Shown: positions 62,567-64,000 of the stretch, one piece after another
Layout of the letters: each line of letters opens with the position of its first letter
Position numbering within the stretch: the first letter of the stretch is position 1
From: Candidatus Nomurabacteria bacterium
GTDB lineage: Bacteria > Patescibacteriota > Saccharimonadia > Saccharimonadales > CAIOMD01
Direction of reading: 5' to 3'
DNA length: 64,000 nucleotides
NCBI GenBank assembly: GCA_020631975.1
Contig: JACKGO010000001.1
Location: forward strand, 67,409-131,408
The notes under the pieces: generated by a model
Databases searched by the model: none
What the model was told of the DNA's origin: nothing
Seen by the model: the letters and a program-made list of their open reading frames with translations, nothing else
Translations under genes and position numbers: made by a program

Positions 62567-63076
62567 ATGGCCATAGACGAAAAAACAGGCTTACCAAACG
62601 ATTCAAAAATTATTTCCGTACCAGGGTATCTTAAACTCGGTAAAATTATCACGTGGCTCCTGTATATATGGATTATCTTTGGCGTTGTGATGCTTGCGCT
62701 AAGAACTTTCTTACTCGCCACTTCTGCAAACCCTACAACATTTGTAGATTTCGTATATAGAACGTCGGCTGATTTTTTACAGCCATTCCGTGGTATTTTT
62801 CCTTCTAAGCCAGTAGGTGAAACAGGCTATTTAGACGTATCTGCAATATTTGCAATAATTATCTATCTCATATTTGCATGGTTAGTGTCTGCCGGAATAA
62901 AGTATATACAAGCAAAAATTGATGACATAAAAGAGCAAGAAGCCGAACGTATTGAACGCTTACAAGCAAAGCAAATGCTAGAACAGCGCAGTCAGATAGT
63001 AAAACAGACGACATATGTTAATAAAACACCAGCGTCAAGACAGGCTGCGCAGAGCCAACCAAAAAAAAGAATGTAA
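62567..63076 (+). CDS. YggT-like membrane protein with coiled-coil tail
   Basis: Two TMs flank FLQPFRGIFP....G.LDVSAIFAIIIYL. AAGGAG SD. Confidence 0.35.
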   Translation: MAIDEKTGLPNDSKIISVPGYLKLGKIITWLLYIWIIFGVVMLALRTFLLATSANPTTFVDFVYRTSADFLQPFRGIFPSKPVGETGYLDVSAIFAIIIYLIFAWLVSAGIKYIQAKIDDIKEQEAERIERLQAKQMLEQRSQIVKQTTYVNKTPASRQAAQSQPKKRM

Positions 63077-63104
63077 CTATGTAGTTGTTAGAAAAAACAG
63101 TTAC

Positions 63105-63353
63105 TTATAAATATTCTGGGTTTACGCTAATTGTATGTTGCTGATTATTAGAAATATCGCTTGAATACACAAGACCACGCAGGCAGGTGCCACTTTGGTG
63201 GCTTTTGCCGTTCGCCGCTATCAATGCTCTATGACAGCCTTGTACGACACAGAATTTACCAAGGGCATCAGGCGTCTCGTCGTCGCTATTGTGTAATTCA
63301 CGATGACTCCATGGACCATTTTGTAGTAAACAATCCCCTTTTTTCTCACTCAT
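63105..63353 (-). CDS. Hypothetical Cys-containing small protein (82 aa)
   Basis: ORF only; no family was recognised. Confidence 0.3.
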   Translation of the reverse strand: MSEKKGDCLLQNGPWSHRELHNSDDETPDALGKFCVVQGCHRALIAANGKSHQSGTCLRGLVYSSDISNNQQHTISVNPEYL

Positions 63354-63536
63354 TCACCAATGATACCTGATTAATATACGCAGTACTATACTTTTAGAAT
63401 GAACCCGTAGCGTGCATCTAGTAAATAATTGTGTTAATGCAGCACGTAGACACTTAGTAGTGCCTTCTAGCATCGCCGCAGGTGCCCTTCAGTTTTTACC
63501 CATTCTTTGACTATTATGTAATAACGTGCCGTGCTG

Positions 63537-64000
63537 CTATTTTTTTGGTTGTGTTATTTTTTTGAATGTATCTACGATATTGATACTAAAATCTGTAATA
63601 CTAAACGCATGTGGTTCTAGCCTTACGGTATAGACGTCGGTCATTTTGCCCACAAATTTTCCTCTTTTTAAATGATGCCACCCTATAGCAAAGTGGTGTT
63701 TATTACTTTTTTGTTTGATTAATCTCATGCCATAGTATTTATTGCCATATTTCATAATTTGGCCATACCAACCTTTGATAGGACGATATCCACCGCCTAT
63801 TTCATTTGAAACAAAGCAATATAGACCGCTACTTAGCTTGGGCTTATTCTTTAATTCGTGCGATTTTCTGTATGAAAATAACAAATAATAGCGGTTTTTA
63901 ATATATAACATTTGTGGCACTTCCATTTCATCAAAGCCTTCGTTTACGATTACCGGTTCTTCTGTTTGCCAACGTAATAAATCATCGCTGGTTGCTCTCC
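63537..64000 (-). CDS. C-terminal part of a beta-propeller glycoside hydrolase (GH32/43/68-clan-like); gene continues beyond the window
   Basis: The frame is open to the window end. FDEMEVPQMLYIKNRYYLLFS resembles the catalytic-Glu strand of this clan. Confidence 0.3.
   Translation of the reverse strand, partial: RATSDDLLRWQTEEPVIVNEGFDEMEVPQMLYIKNRYYLLFSYRKSHELKNKPKLSSGLYCFVSNEIGGGYRPIKGWYGQIMKYGNKYYGMRLIKQKSNKHHFAIGWHHLKRGKFVGKMTDVYTVRLEPHAFSITDFSINIVDTFKKITQPKK

Overview
This 64-kb window comes from a low-GC genome (roughly 40-45% by eye) with tightly packed genes. TAA, TAG and TGA all terminate conserved genes at the expected lengths, so the standard code applies. Gene content suggests a small-genome, monoderm-type bacterium, possibly CPR/Saccharibacteria-like. 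That assignment is an inference, because no rRNA is present.

Positions 1-46 kb are mostly housekeeping:
- ftsE-ftsX, followed by a coiled-coil CHAP hydrolase and an S41 protease.
- rpmA, xseA-xseB, recO and glyQS.
- A GH1 beta-glucosidase and a yvcK-like gene.
- A stripped-down dcw cluster (mraZ-rsmH-ftsL-ftsI-mraY-ftsW-murG-ftsQ), preceded by four AGTGGGTA boxes that look like MraZ operators.
- A minus-strand block: dprA, topA, a sigma-region-4/HARE-HTH protein and a soluble TraG/VirD4-like ATPase.
- pth, der, a pseudouridine synthase, and a PAS histidine kinase with a response regulator carrying a roughly 390-aa Pro/Ala/Thr-rich tail.

After tRNA-Glu(CUC) at 46.2 kb the content becomes accessory:
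- A higher-GC Mu-Gam-like gene and a fasciclin protein.
- A two-component system whose kinase carries an in-frame TAG.
- A frameshifted PH-domain membrane protein.
- A CDF-like transporter and a SpoT-type HD hydrolase.
- DUF2207, AIM24, DUF427 and HIT proteins.

The most interesting locus lies at 53.85-57.3 kb. A heliorhodopsin keeps all the hallmark residues I can check, but its conserved N-terminus is reachable only through an A AAA AAA slippery heptamer or a non-AUG start. It sits with a 140-aa unknown, divergently across an 80-bp region containing a perfect 16-bp palindrome. On the other side are a highly diverged PafA/Dop-family (Pup-ligase/deamidase-like) enzyme and a 127-aa protein ending in Gln. 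No proteasome, Mpa/ARC or canonical Pup gene lies in the window.

Several structured non-coding regions are also flagged at 18.3-18.7 kb, 22.6-22.9 kb, 30.4-31.1 kb and 38.5-38.9 kb. Many genes appear to be leaderless. All homology calls were made by eye from motifs; no searches were run.
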